Positions 1 through 14,449 of a stretch of 64,000 nt of DNA are shown piece by piece. Within the stretch, counting starts at the first letter, position 1, and each line of letters starts with the position of its first letter. The notes beneath the pieces are model-generated. The model did no database searches, was not told where the DNA came from, and worked only from the letters and a program-made list of their open reading frames with translations. Position numbers and translations under genes: made by a program. This stretch comes from the human T2T-CHM13v2.0 reference genome, Homo sapiens. The stretch is taken from positions 34,080,001-34,144,000 of the forward strand of contig CP068257.2 of the NCBI GenBank assembly GCA_009914755.4. The letters run 5' to 3'.

Positions 1-1982
1 CATGTCCTTCAGGACCAGTGTGCAAAGGCATCTCTTCAATACATTTTCTGGTGTCTTCCTTTTAAGCAAAAATCAACTACTTGCAGGCAACCCCCAACCC
101 CTCCCCTTCCTCTCCCTCAATGCCATGCCCAACGCCACTCCCTGGCTGCATGACCCCAAATGCAACTTACATGAGGGACCAGACACAACACTGGGGGAAC
201 CTCTACAAGTGCCTGACCCAAGGAACCACTCCAGAGAGCACGCACCGAGCAGCTGAGGCCACAGTGGTTCTGGGCTCACTGCCAAGCTCTCTCTCACTTG
301 TCAGCAAAAGCAAAATTGGGATTTTTTTTTTTTTAAACAGCCCCTGGCCAAGTGTTTCTGTGCTGGGTGTTACTTTGCTTCAGATAGGCACAAATCCAAC
401 CTCTCCTCTGGAGCACAAGCTAGAGAAATCAAAAGTTTAAGAAATACCTTAAATGGCTCCATACACTCAAACCATGCTGGTTGGTGCAGCTCAAAAGGCA
501 AAGAATTCAAACATGTGGTTCCTAACCTCACAGAGCTGATTATCTGTCCAAGGCCAGGGGTAGATAAAGTTCTTGGAGAAGCAGCAGAGAACTGAATCAA
601 ATGAAAAGCAAAATACTATAAACTCAAGGTTTAAGTGCTGGGTTTGAGGGAACAATCTGGGAAATATACCCAGGAAGTGGGCTTTAAATTGGTCTTAGAA
701 AGAGGACTTCTACAGATTGTCAGAGAAGAGAGAGTGTTCCTCGCGTGAACCACAGCTGGGAAAAAAAAACATGATGGTGGAAATTTAAATTCATCCTTGG
801 GGGACAGGGCACTGATTGACATGGTTGGCACAGCAAGGCCACGGGGGGAATAAATGGGAGAGAAAGTCAGAGAGGGAGGACCAGCTAATAAAAGTCTTTG
901 AATACTACACTGTGGCATTTAGAGGATTCACAAAGAATGACTTCAGCAGGTACATGCCAGCCAGCCTAACTGAAAGCAAAGACAACAGAATGTCTCATGC
1001 ATAAAAGGTTCTCTGCCTAAATTATTTTTGATCTATTGGCACATCTTTTATGATCTACTAAAAAATTAAATTTTTCATTCATCTATTGTATTCAACAAGC
1101 AAAAGCTGCAAGCCCAGATTATTAATGATGTCAGATCTTGTATTCCTAAAACAAATGCACAACAGTTCCATTTCTGATGACAAAAAGAGAGTCATTTGTT
1201 TCAATCATGGAGGACAATCTTATTAAACATCGCCAACCTACTGCCAAGCTGGCTGCTCACCAGTGCACAGCTACAGAACAAATGGAATCCGGAGGACTGT
1301 CAATCTTCAGATAGTGTCACTGCCCCCAAAATAATAAACTTAGGGGGAGATAAATCTGTTATGACTTGAACACTTTTGCTTCTTAACTCTGGAGTCTTCA
1401 AGTTCAGCAATTTCATAATTCTTTCATGTGGCAATAAGGCTGTTTGGCAAATGCTAGTGAGAATTGCTAAACTGAGCTTACCTGCATATAAACCTTATAC
1501 ACACTCATATCAACTGACTTACCCTTTCAGGAAAGTAACTTAGTAAGGGAAATAATAAACCTTAATAATATGCATGCCTTTTGATCCAATAAGTCTGTTT
1601 CTCAGTCTAAGGAAATAATACAGAATACAGAAAAGACGTTGCACTTAAGAATGTCCATACATTGTTGTTTCTAATGGCCAAAAAATAAAAATAAACATTG
1701 AGCCAACCCATTTTCCAATAGAAGGGGCATGATTTAATAATGCTCCAGGCCTAGAAAGAAATGTTTATGGTGTAATGTTACATATATACTATGCCCTATA
1801 TAGTATGATATCAAGTATATGAATAAGATTCCCAGAATGAAGAATAATCAAGAAAAGCACCAAAATTTTGACAATCGTTTTGAGTGTTGAGATTTTATGT
1901 ACCTGTTTATGTTCTTCTTTATTCTTTGCTATATTTTCAAAACTTTCTCAGTGATCATGTATCACTTTTAAAAGCAAGTAGA

Positions 1983-2256
1983 ACACAAGAACAGAAAAAC
2001 CAAACACTGCACGTTCTCACACATAAGTAGGAGTTGAACAATGAAAACACATGGACACAGAAAGGGGAACATCACACACCGGGGCCTGTCAGGGTGGTGG
2101 GGAACTAGTGGAGGGATAGCATTAGGAGAAATACCTAATGTAGATGACAGATTGATGGGTGCAGCAAACCACCATGGCACGTGTATACCTATGTAACAAA
2201 CCTGCACTTTTCGAACATATATCCCAGAACTTAAAGTATAATTTTAAAAAAAAAAG
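1983..2256 (+). mobile_element. L1 (L1PA-like) 3' end fragment: ORF2 C-terminus/3'UTR with poly-A tail
   Basis: The text 'caaacactgcacgttctcacacataagtaggagttgaacaatgaaaacacatggacacag ... gggtgcagcaaaccaccatggcacgtgtatacctatgtaacaaacctgcac ... cccagaacttaaagtataa' matches the L1 3'UTR consensus. It ends in A10 at 2246-2256. Confidence 0.8.
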
Positions 2257-2513
2257 AACTATCAAAACATTTCTCAACAAGTTCCTCTTAGAAGGCCTAT
2301 GAGCTGGGAGGCACCAGAAGGAATGAAGGGCAAAGGTAAGGAGGGAAAACAAGAAGTGAGGGAAGTTCCTGTTGCCCCAGAAGGAGAAGCATGTTCCAGG
2401 ATTACCAAAAAGAGGGATTTTCAAGGGAATGAGGCCAGGGTTAGCGTGTTTCCAGGGTCCCAGAATAGGCCCAGCTCCCACCCAGATGCCCATGAGGTAG
2501 GAGACATTAAATT

Positions 2514-2514
<1 letters not shown>

Positions 2515-2550
<36 letters not shown>
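2515..2550. repeat. (CA)n microsatellite, ~17 units
   Basis: A perfect 'acacac...' run is visible directly in the sequence. Confidence 0.95.
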
Positions 2551-2551
<1 letters not shown>

Positions 2552-3178
2552 CACTGGGTGTAGAAGGACCCAAAAAGAAGAAAGGTTTATGTTCCAATTC
2601 TTACTTAGAATTGTGGGAGACCACTTGGGGGTGGTGCCCAAAGGTAACATGAGGTGATCCCAGTAAAGTAGAAATGTTAGAGTAGGATCTGGAGGCCCTG
2701 AAACAGCCACCACCCCAGATGTCCACAGCCTGAGAAGCAAGGCACAGAAAGATCCAGAAGTTGCCATGAGCCTCAGTGGTGAACAGGTCAATGGACTGAA
2801 GAAGCATAGAGTGCAGACAAGGAGGGACCAAGTGATGACACTAATGACCAAGTAGCCTACAGGAACGTCAGACAAGGCCAGCAGATGCTGCAACACACCC
2901 AAAACCATAAGGGGTCTACTATGTTTTGTTCAGTTTACCCCCAGAGCCTCAAGCACGCAGAGTTAAGTAAACTATACTCCTAGCTAACAGCTAATGACAT
3001 ACCATCAGTTAATGGTGCAATCTCCTCATTAGTTTCTGATTGATTAATTGCCTTTTATTCCCGTTCCCATAACCATCTCTCTCTCTTGCCATGGGCATGC
3101 ACTCCATTGTGTTTTACTAATTTGGATGTATTCTTGAGATTTACGTAGTTTTCATTTGAATAAATGGTAATATGCTAA

Positions 3179-3504
<326 letters not shown>

Positions 3505-4552
3505 CCTGATGTTCTTTTCTTCCTTTCTTCACTCAGCACTCTGTGTTTAAGGTCTAGTCATTCTGATGTGTGCACGCCTACTTTGGTTTCTGCATATTTT
3601 TTCTTGATTTATGAAACTTTCCCCACAGCAACAAACACCTCAGATTCAGTCAACTCCAGCACAGGCACTTCTGCAATAGATATTCTTTTGCATGTTGTGT
3701 TATGGACCCCTATGAGAATCTCTCTGATATTTATCACCTGGACTGGAACTTAAGAGACATACCTGCTCAACCTAAGGCTTGTTTCTTGCCTTTAAACATG
3801 GTTCATAAGTCTTCACTTCTATCCACAATGCTTGAAAGTTGCAGTTTTCCCAAATCCACACCCATGCACACACACATATATAAACAGCCCCGTGAGAGAC
3901 ACAGAGTGCATTGCCCGGGTGCCACTTCAAGGAAGGACTTGCTGCCCAGCTGCAGGGAGTGTGGTCAACAGGCGGCCTCCAGCTGTTAGCAACTGAAGGG
4001 TCTGCCTTGACTGCACAACACGTAGTCTTTAACCTCCTGGAGTTGATTATCTGACCAATGCCAAATACAGATTGGCCCGAGGTTTCACCCCTCCCAGGGC
4101 AGCTTGCTGCTGGGGGTATAATGGCCAGCTATTTCAGCCAGGTGCCCGCAACCCTGAAGAGCAACCTCCACTCCAACTCCTTTTGGGTTGAGTGAGACTT
4201 TGTCCTGCTACATCACATCTCTACTTCTCCTGCCAGTCTTGCATCCTCCCCACTCTCTTCTCAGCTCATTCCAAATAAACACCTTAAGCCAAACCTTGAT
4301 TCAGTGTCGGCTCAGTTTGTGCTCTGGGAGAGCCCAGGCTACAATAGCACTGCTCAACTTCTTAATTTTGCCAATCCACTGTGCAGAAAATGGCATCTCA
4401 TTGTATTAATTTTCATTTCACTGCTTCCTAATAATTTGGAACACTTATTAATATAAATGTTGGTTGTTCAGTGATCCCTTCCTCTGAATTTATTTGTTAT
4501 AGCCATTTTCTTAGATTTTGTGGCATTTTCTTAATATGCCTTGATTCCTTGA

Positions 4553-4890
<338 letters not shown>

Positions 4891-5107
4891 TCTATAGGTA
4901 TCTTTTATACACATATACTGAGTGACGTGATTACAACAGTCAAGCAAATTAACACTATATAAGACTTCCTGGTTTAAGAAGTTGCAAATATCTTCTCCCA
5001 ACATACAGGCTATTAACTTTGTCTATGTGAGGTCTAACAATGAATCAAAATTCTTAGCTTTGATGTGATAAAATCTACCAGGCTTTTATTTTTTTTTGTA
5101 ATATTGA

Positions 5108-5464
<357 letters not shown>

Positions 5465-6997
5465 TAGTACTATATTTTATATTTAGGTTTTTAATTTATC
5501 TGGAGCTCAGCCTTGTATATGGTAGTGAACACAACTGGGATGCAGTTTTATTTACATTCATATGGAGAGGAAGTTTTCTTAGTAGAAATAAAGGAAAAAA
5601 TAGTGATACCACCAAATGGGGAGGGGAGAGGTAGGCAAGGGGAATAACAACTACCGGCAGAGGCATATTATTTAAAGATAGGGAGTTAACCACCAGAAGT
5701 AACTAATAACAGCAAAAACAGAAGCGGTTAAAGGCAAAGGCCTCCAGGGATGGAGGAAGGTCGGAAGTTAGGGAAAGGGGAAGGCAGAGGCTGGAACATC
5801 CTTGTTTCTCTTGTATTACCTCAGTAATTTTTTATTATTCTTACTTAAGTTAAACTTTTAAAAAATCACACTTGTTATGAATCCTTCCCAAGAGATCTCT
5901 GATTTCCTGAGTCAGAGAATCATCCAAGTCCCACTTATTCCCCACCCATCCATTACATGCACTCCTTTTCGAATGACTCCCCAAATACATACAACAGCAT
6001 AGACACACTTTATGACACCTCAGGGATGGGAATCAGCCCAACTGAGATAGAGAGTGAGCGGAGGGTCCCCAGCGGGTGATGAAGCCACAAGGCCAGTGGA
6101 GATAGGGTTTGCAAAGAGTCTGTGGGTCCCTTTCATTTTCCCACAGCAGATGTGTTCTTGCTGAAAAGGGAAGGGCATAGCCCTGAGTTATTCTGCAGTA
6201 AGGTATCTGTCTGTGAGTATACACCACTCTCATCTTCCCCCTAAAGATAGTTTAAAATAGCCCTGTCTACTGTCCAGCAAGTTCAAATTACCCAGAGCCA
6301 CCGTATACAATTGTATAGGTTCTAGATGTGAAGGCTCTAAAAATGCCCTAAAGCTGTGTTTCTGGATGAGGCATCATTGTGCTTTGCAAACAGCACTGGA
6401 CTGGGAATCAGGGAGATGCATTTTGTCCACTAGCTTTGACCATGAACCAGTCCTCCACCTCTACGAGCTTCAATTTCCTCTAAGAAAATGGGTTACCAGA
6501 TAGTAGTTTCTAATACCCCATCCCATTTTAACCACCTATGATTCAAACTATGATTATATTCCTGGAGAATCTCATGGTACCAAAATATTTCAGAAACATG
6601 TTTTGAATCCAACAAGTATATTCCACTGAAATTGATGACAAGGCAAAAATCTTTATTTGCGCATTCAATTGTCCTTTTAAAATATGTCCTTTAAATGCAT
6701 TAATTGGTTAGTAAATAACTGAAATAATTTCACAGTCTAATAAGTGCACATTAGAATCCAACACAGCTTCTGAGTGTTCTACTTAAGAAAAGATGAAACC
6801 TTAACATTTTTATGATTCTTAGACATTTATAATATTGCCAGTTCATTAGATGAATATATTGCCATACTTCATGACTGTTCAAAGTTTTGTTATCAGCCCA
6901 AATATTTGACATTCTGGAAAGTGAGAGACATCTCTGTGGGCTAACCTTCCTTCTTGTGTTCACACAGCATTTCATCAGACCTATATAAAAAAATCAG

Positions 6998-7273
6998 CAC
7001 GGCATTGTGGTTTATGCCTATAACCCCAGCAATTTGGGAGGCCGAGATGAGAGCATCGTTTGAGGCCAGGAGTTTGAGACCAGCCTGGACAACGTAACAA
7101 GACCCTGTCTCTACAAAAAAAAAAAATTTAAAATTCAGCCTGGCATGGTGGCATACACCTTTAGTCCTAGCTACTTGTGAGGCTGAGGTGGGAGATCACT
7201 TGAGCCCACAAGTCTGAGACTGCAATGAGCTATGATTGTGCACTCCAACCTGTGCAACACAGAGAGAACCTAT
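6998..7273 (+). mobile_element. Alu SINE (older, AluJ/S-like), plus orientation; its 3' tail runs into the purine tract below
   Basis: 'cacggcattgtggtttatgcctataaccccagcaatttgggaggccgagatgagag ... cagcctggcatggtggcatacacctttagtcctagctacttgtgaggctgaggtgggagatcacttgagcc ... gcactccaacctgtgcaacacagagagaacc'. Confidence 0.9.
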
Positions 7274-8087
7274 AAGAAAAAAAGAAAAAAGGAAGAAATA
7301 GGACATGAAGGAATGAAGGAAGGAAGGAAGAGAGAGAGAGAGAGAGAGAGAAAGAAAGAAAGAAAGAAAGAAAGAAAGGAGGGAGGGAGGGAAGGAAAAG
7401 AAAGAAAGGAAGGAAAGAAGGGAGGGAGGGAGAGAAAGAAGAAAGAAAAAGAAAGGAATGAAAGAAAGAGAAAGGGAACGAAAGAAAGGAAAAAGAGATA
7501 GAAAAGAGAGACAGAGACAGAGAGGAAGGAAAGAAAGAAGGAAGAAAGGGAGGGAAAAGAAAAGCAAAGAAGGAGAAAAGAGAAGGAAGGAAGAAAGGAA
7601 GGAAGGAAGGAAGAAAGGGAAAAGGGAAAGGATGGAGGGAAGGAAGGGAGGGAGGGAAAGAAAGAGAAAAGAGAAGGAAAGAGAGAGAGACAGACAGAAA
7701 AGAAAAGAAAAAAGAAAGAAAGAGAAAGAAAGAAAGGAAGAAAGGAAGGAAGGAAGGGGGAGGGAGGGAGGGAAGAAGGAAGGAAAGAAGGAAGGAAAAG
7801 AAAGAGAAAGGAAAGAAGGAGGGAAGGAAGGAAGGGAGGGAGGGAAAGAAAGAGAAAGAAGAAAGAGACAGAAAGAGACAGAGACAGAGAGAGGAAGGAA
7901 GAAGGAAGGCAGGAAGGAAGGATGGAGAAAGAAGGAAGGAAGGAAGGAAAGAAGGAAGGGGGAGGGAAGAAGGAGAAAAGGAAGGAAGAAAGGGGAAGAA
8001 AGGAAGGAAGGAAAGGAGGGAGGGTGGGAAAAGAAAAGAAAAAAGAAAAGGAAGGAAGGAAGAAGAGAAAGAAAGAAATAAAAGAAA
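7274..8087 (+). repeat. ~814-bp near-pure homopurine tract (GA/GGAA/GAAA/AGAGA-type compound microsatellite), polypyrimidine on the minus strand
   Basis: Almost exclusively G and A on the + strand. Degenerate motifs such as (GAAA)n, (GGAA)n, (GA)n and (GGGA)n make up the tract. It starts at the A-rich tail of the Alu at 6998. Confidence 0.95.
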
Positions 8088-10256
8088 TCTTCCATATTTC
8101 CTATAGTGTAAGCCAGGTAACAGCTTCCCTAAGCCCTTCTAATCATTTGTCAAATGCACCTGGAAAAATCCCACACCTTGATGACTGAATTTTCCATTCC
8201 TGGCTAAAGAAAGTCAGGAGAGCCAATGTTTGTTTTTTCTACTGTTTGTAGAAAAAAAAAGTGTATGGTTTTTTCTACCCCGCAATGCTCCCTGTTATGG
8301 GATGTGGTTGGTGTCCCAGTGTACATTTGAACAAATGATTGGTTATTTTATATGTATCAGTATATTATACTTTTTCTAAAAAAAAGGAGAACACTACAAT
8401 ATGAATTACTGAACATATCTAATTAAGCAATCTACCAGCTGTTGGACATTTAGGTCATTCCAGCTTTTCCTTTCTGAACAACCTAACGATGAGAGAACCA
8501 AAAGCTTAATTCAAATACAGTCAGAAGGAAAATTCTTTCAGTTGAAGGAATGAACATTTTACCCCACCATAATATGTAACAAATTTTAGTTCCATAGCAA
8601 AAATAGAAAATTGGAGTTCTTTGCTGATGATGGGAAAGAACAAAAAGACAACATCCCCTTGTGGTTCAGAGTGAGACTGAAACCTGCAAAGGGAAGGAGA
8701 ATCCCCTAAAAATGGGTGCAGGAATCCCTACCCTCTCTTTCTCTCCTCTTGTTCATTCCCCTTCTTGGCCTCCTCTGCCTAAGCCAGAGTCAGGGACTTG
8801 TGTGTTCCCCACAGAGACTTGCACCAGGCTACCATCTGGCCCTGGCCCTGGCCCAGTGGGCACTAATTATCCTCAGTCAGCAGATCTGGCATCTCCATCT
8901 TGACATGTGTCCCCTCAGTCCCTGTGTGGTAATTAATGATGTGGACCACACTTTTCTTCTGAAATTGCGCCCTCCTCTTCTGGCTTCTAGGAGAACTCTT
9001 TCTAAGACCATTCTCTGTTCTTCCCATCACCAAATGCTGCTCTTCACCACAGTGCTTTCCCTGACTTTCTTGACAGCTTTTCCAGGCGAAATTCCATCTT
9101 TCATAGGGCCAAACCTTAGCCACGTGATGATGACTCCAACTGAATTCTCTATAGAGTTCCAGGACAAAATTTTCAGTTTCTAATTGTATCTTCTCCATCT
9201 TGCATTTTAAAAATTTAAAGACATTAATTTCCATCCTGATTCCACTAAAAAGAAAAAAAATTGATCCCTTTGCCAAGTTCTTTCAATTAATGTTACCATA
9301 TTATCCCATTCATTTGGGTTTGAAATCTCATAGCCATCTTTAACTCTTCTTTATTCCTGTATCTAATCAGCCACCATCTCCTTTCAGTTCTATTTCCCCA
9401 AAAGGATCACATTTTGATTACTTGAGGCTGAATTAAACATGGTTGAGGCTGAGCAGTGAGTTGGGACCCCTTTACCTTTCCAGCTAAGAGCATTTGTTAG
9501 CCAACTGTCAAGTGGAGAAGCAAGAACTCCGCAAGCAGAAGAGCTGCGTTTGATGTAAGCAGGGAAGAGAGATCAGAACTGTTTGGCCTCCCTTTCTCAG
9601 CCTCCTGCCTCCACCCCAAGTCACATATACTCCCAAGACCTGACCCATTCCCAAAATGAATGATCAGCATTCGTCCACTAACCAGAAGCATGTCCCAGCT
9701 CTCTTCTGTGTCCCACCATTAGAAAATCAAAAGCTGACTGTAGCTTTGATTTAGTTGCAATTAGGAATTAGTATCTTCTTCTTCACTACCAATTTCTCCC
9801 AGTTAATGGAATATGAATGGTAATTCCAGAATCTTTTATCTCCTTTCTGACTACCATAGCCCCTATTCAAATCTTCAGCATCTCACATCTAGATGACTGC
9901 AGAAGTAGCCTACTGGTCTTCTCTGCTTAGAGTCACATTCCAATTCAGCTCCCACCTTGCATTATTCTAATATACACCCTTGATCATATTGTGTCTCGAT
10001 CAAAAGCTTCAATGGTCAAGTACTGAACATTGCTTATATATCACTGACATTGCTAGTATTCCTGCTATAACAAGTTCTCCCTTATTCAGAATCCATTTAA
10101 AATGTAGTGCAAAACACACACAAAGTGACAGTAACCTAAGTGCCCACCAATAAGGAATTGTTAAATAAATTCTAGTACATCCATGACATGAGATAATAGC
10201 ATGTCGTCCATCATATGGAATAATAGGAAGTCATTTGAAAGAACGAGATGATGGCA

Positions 10257-10605
<349 letters not shown>

Positions 10606-11015
10606 TTATAGGCAAACAAACATTTAGGAAGAACACACATCAAACAGTTATAAACCGTAGCCACCTGAGGAGTGAGATTAAGGGGAAAAGAGGGCTTCTG
10701 TGTTTATTTTGTGATTGTTTTGTAAGCGTCTGTGTTCTTAAAATATGTTACAGCATACGCAGGTATTATTTTTAAATATCTAAAGCCAATAAAGGTTTAT
10801 AAACGCATTTGTCATCTAAGAGCTTCATTTAGAAATTATCACTATATTTTTATTTGAGGTACATTAACATATGTGTATGTATAAACCTAAGATTTAATAA
10901 TATAATGTACTCACTAGACTGTGTTCATTAAAGGCAGAGTTGGTATAGTCAATTTGCTTTTTTATTTTCCCAGAATGTGTCTCAGAATTTATATAGTGCC
11001 TGGCATATTAGAAGA

Positions 11016-11018
<3 letters not shown>

Positions 11019-11061
<43 letters not shown>

Positions 11062-11064
11062 TGA
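11019..11064. repeat. (GT)n microsatellite, ~21 units, followed by 'gagtgag'
   Basis: A direct 'gtgtgt...' run is visible. Confidence 0.95.
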
Positions 11065-12300
11065 GATTTGCTACAAATTTCTCTAACTTCATAGAATATG
11101 ATGGAACATGTACTGTGATTCTAGAATCATTTCTCTATTGCTATACACAAACCATATATATGACAGTTTTGCATATTTGCAAATGCAAATATATACACAA
11201 CCAAATGGGAGAATGATCTGCATATTGTCATTGTGCTGACAAACCTGTCTTGATCACTGCTACGGTGACTCCAAATCACTGAGTGCTTCGAAAAGGACAA
11301 GAGGAATTCCATACGGAATAGGCAATTAGGTTTTGGAACAATGTGCACAGGCTGGTGTTAACTGGTTCCCGTGAGTCAGGGCCATTCCATTTTGGGGATT
11401 AAACACATCAGCAGAATGCCCCTTTCTCTGCAGCTGACAAGGGGGAGTTCCACCCCATACACTGAGGGAGAGGGTCCCCAGAATCTTCCGGGGAGTGAGG
11501 AAACAAATTCCAACCCCCAAACAACCTGATTGGAAAGGGAGTGTTTTTATATACACATGTCTCCGAAATCCGGCCAGCAAATGATAAACATCAGCTGGTG
11601 TTTAGCTAAATGTTAAAAATCTTATTGAGGCAAAAGCAATGCTAGAAAGGAACAACAACGAAAAAAGCCAGCTCAGCCTCTGCCCCACGGCCTCGATTTC
11701 TCTCCCAAATCCCAGGTAGCTGAGAGGTGGAAAGTCTAGAAACAGAATCGAACACGTCTAATCTCTTTTACAACAATGTTCTTATTTTAACCCATGTCAT
11801 CAGGGGAAATGGCTGAAAATAGTGACAAATACAACATCAATAAACATAATAATAATTGATTTCCCAGAGATGAAAAATTTGAAATTATTGGCCATTTCCC
11901 CCTAGAGCATTGGTTGATTAATTTAATGTTCATCTTAGTCTTTCAAAGACATCCTCTTATGTTGATCTGCTTTGCCAGACTTTGTGATGGGTTTTGCGGT
12001 TTAGGGCCCAGTGGTTAAAGTATATTGCACAGTTCTGCAGTTTTAAAGAGAATTCTGATAGTTTAAGGATGACTGCAGCCAACAACAGCAACAACAAAAG
12101 TTAAGACACATCAAGCAATTAAATTTCCAGAGATTGGAACTGGAGTTTTTCATACAGGATATAAGTTCAGTGGCTGTACTACTCAGTTTTTCTAGCTTAA
12201 GTATCCAAGAAACAGATTTTGAGAGGTACAACCTCTATTCCCCCAGAGCACCCAACTTTCACTTAATTCAGAATCTCAACACAGAGCAAGGTGAATTTCA

Positions 12301-12432
12301 AGTAACTATTTTCCTTCCTCTCTCCCTTCTTTCTTTCCCTTTTCCCCTTCCTTTCTTTCTTACTCATGTTTCTCCCCTACCCTCTCTCTTCCTCATTTCC
12401 TTCTTCCTTTCTTTCTTCCTTCTCATCTTTAA
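12301..12432. repeat. Polypyrimidine (TTCC/TCTC-type) low-complexity tract
   Basis: 'ttccttcctctctcccttctttctttcccttttccccttcctttctttctt ... ttccttcttcctttctttcttccttctcatcttt'. Confidence 0.8.
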
Positions 12433-12486
12433 ACCACTTCAAAGTTTGATGTTTGTATTTATCCTGAGAGACAAGTGAAATAAGCA

Positions 12487-12608
12487 TTATTATCCTTTTT
12501 TTACAGATAAATGAAGTGAGACACAGAGGTTCAGTGACTTTCTCAGACTTTCTTGTGACTGAATAAACAGCCCAGGGAAAGAAGTTTTGAACCTCCTGAG
12601 TTCCAGGT
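12487..12608 (-). mobile_element. MIR SINE fragment (minus orientation)
   Basis: 'ttattatcctttttttacagataaatgaagtgagacacagaggttcagtgac ... gtgactgaataaacagcccagggaaagaagttttgaacc' resembles the MIR reverse-complement core 'ccccattttacagatgaggaaactgaggcacagagaggttaagtgacttgcccaaggtcacacagc...'. Confidence 0.6.
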
Positions 12609-13065
12609 TAGCACTTTTTCTTTTCATTTTTTATTATACTTTAAGTTCTGGGGTACATATGCAGAATGTGCAGTTTATTACAGGTACACACGTGCCATGG
12701 TGGTTCACTGCACCCATCAACCCGTCACCTACATTAGGAATTTCTCCTAATGCAATCCCTCCCCTAGCCCCCCACCCCCCAACACACCCCAGTGTGTGAT
12801 GTTCCCCTCCCTGTGTCCATGGGTTCTCATTGTTCAATTTCCACTTATGCATAAGAATATGTGGTGTTTGGTTTTCTGTTTTTGTGTTAGTTTGCTGAGA
12901 ATGAGGGTTTCCGGTTTCATCCATGTCCCTGCAAAGGACATGAACTCATCCTTTTTTATGGCTGCATGGTATTCCATGGTGGATATGTGCCACATTTTCT
13001 TTATCTAGTCTATCATTGATGGACACTTGGGTTGGTTCCAAGTCTTTCGTTAGTACTTTTTCTAC
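12609..13065 (-). mobile_element. L1 (L1PA-like) 3' end fragment, minus orientation
   Basis: A poly-T-rich start leads into 'gggtacatatgcagaatgtgcagtttattacaggtacacacgtgccatggtggttcactgcacccatcaacccgtcacctacattaggaatttctcctaatgc ... ttcaatttccacttatgcataagaatatgtggtgtttggttttctg ... atggctgcatggtattccatggtggatatgtgccacattttctttatctagtctatcattgatggacacttgggttggttccaagtcttt'. This is the reverse complement of the L1 ORF2-end/3'UTR. Confidence 0.85.
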
Positions 13066-14430
13066 AAGTAGCTGGTCCCAGAGCATGTCAGGGAGAACTC
13101 CAGCCAATCCCATCAATCACAGCTCCGTCCATCAACCCTGTGAGCACAGACTGACTCTTGCATGGAGTCAGCATCTGGGTGTGCAGAGGCACCTTCACTT
13201 CTTGTCCCTTCCCAAATGCCACATCACTAGAAGTATCTACTTTATCATTTTGAACATGTAAGAGTAAACCTGCTTCCACATTCTTAGGAACTAGGAATGC
13301 ATCAGACCTCTTTATCAGACCTCATCTGCACAGGTGAGCCTAAACCCCTTGTTTTGGAAATGTTTGATATGGCTCCTGGCACTGGGTGCCTGGTCCCTTC
13401 CCTTTAGGGTTTCCCTTACTTTTCCTGGGACCATTGCTATGCAGTGTAATTTCTCCTGTCTTCAGCCCCTAAGACACTCGGCCTAGTATCCTTGTCCCCA
13501 TAAGTCTACCGGAGGATGGTGATTTCCACTGTCTCAAATGCATGCACTTTGACCTCACACTCATTTTTCTGCACCATCTCAGGGTCCCTACCATTGTACC
13601 CAGGAGGTATAAAAAACCTTCTGTGAAGACATATGTAGCCTTCAATTAAAGCATTTGTAATTATTTCCCAGGACAGTTATTCATCTACAAACTCATCGTC
13701 AGTGGATTTACCTAAGGAAAGCAAACAACAAGAGGTAAATCAGGGACTTTCATGAATGCAAACAGTCTTCCCTGTGACATCTTGCACAGAATAACTCTCC
13801 CTAAACAAGGGTCAAGGTGAGATGGCAGCACTGTTAAGTCATTAAAGGCCAAGCTTCCTAGGTCATGTCAGTATCACGCATCAATAAAGGACTCTGGTAA
13901 GTAAATGAAGCCATTTCTCTAAGGAATAAAAAAAAATCATCACTTTTAAATGCTTAAGAATGCATTTTGTCAACACTTTTTGATTAAGATACAGCTTTCT
14001 GAAACATATGAGAAATAAAGTAAAGAAAATCTCTTCCTTTCCTTTCCAAAATTCTGCCTTCCAGAGCAGTTGAGGCAGAGTGATGCTGGGAATATAAGAA
14101 ACTCACAGAAACAGTGGGGAGGGCAGAGCTGGGGAATCGAGTTAGAGCAGCAGACACAGCCTGTGTCACTGAGCCATGGTTCCCTGCACAGGCCCCATTT
14201 ATAACCTGGTCTTTAACTTTGTTTATCTTTGTGGACATTCGCAGAAGCATCTTACTTTCCAGAAGCTGGGGCCCTATAATCATTATCTGTCTTTGGAGAA
14301 AATGGGATTATGTGCATTTAATTGCTCTTCTCAGAAAGTCGATGTTGTAATAGATCACTCTTCACTGACCCTCTTCTCCAGGTGGGGCTTCTGGGTTTTC
14401 ACATTTTTCCCTTGGCCTTGGTGTTGTAAA

Positions 14431-14449
14431 AAAAAAAAAAAAAAAACAG
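14431..14449. repeat. (A)19 mononucleotide run
   Basis: Direct observation. Confidence 0.9.

Noticed and set aside
1-1000. The first ~1 kb and several other stretches (8100-10250, 13070-15400, 22400-23650, 50400-52950, 57200-60900) that contain no repeat I could name.
   Set aside because: They are probably a mixture of unique sequence and old L2/MIR/DNA-element debris too diverged to recognise by eye. No feature is claimed.
7196-8188. The longest ORFs in the track: 299 aa on the minus strand, and 207 aa, 89 aa and 88 aa on the plus strand.
   Set aside because: They lie wholly inside the ~814-bp homopurine tract and encode poly-Lys/Glu/Arg/Gly or poly-Ser/Phe/Leu low-complexity peptides. Any homopurine sequence is stop-codon-poor in several frames. 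They are not genes.
8716-9276. 155-aa (plus) and 137-aa (minus) overlapping ORFs in apparently unique sequence.
   Set aside because: They have no recognisable domain or family similarity and are Leu/Ser-rich. They show no codon-usage or splice-site support and no CpG retention. I treat them as chance ORFs of AT-rich primate non-coding DNA. TBLASTN could re-check.
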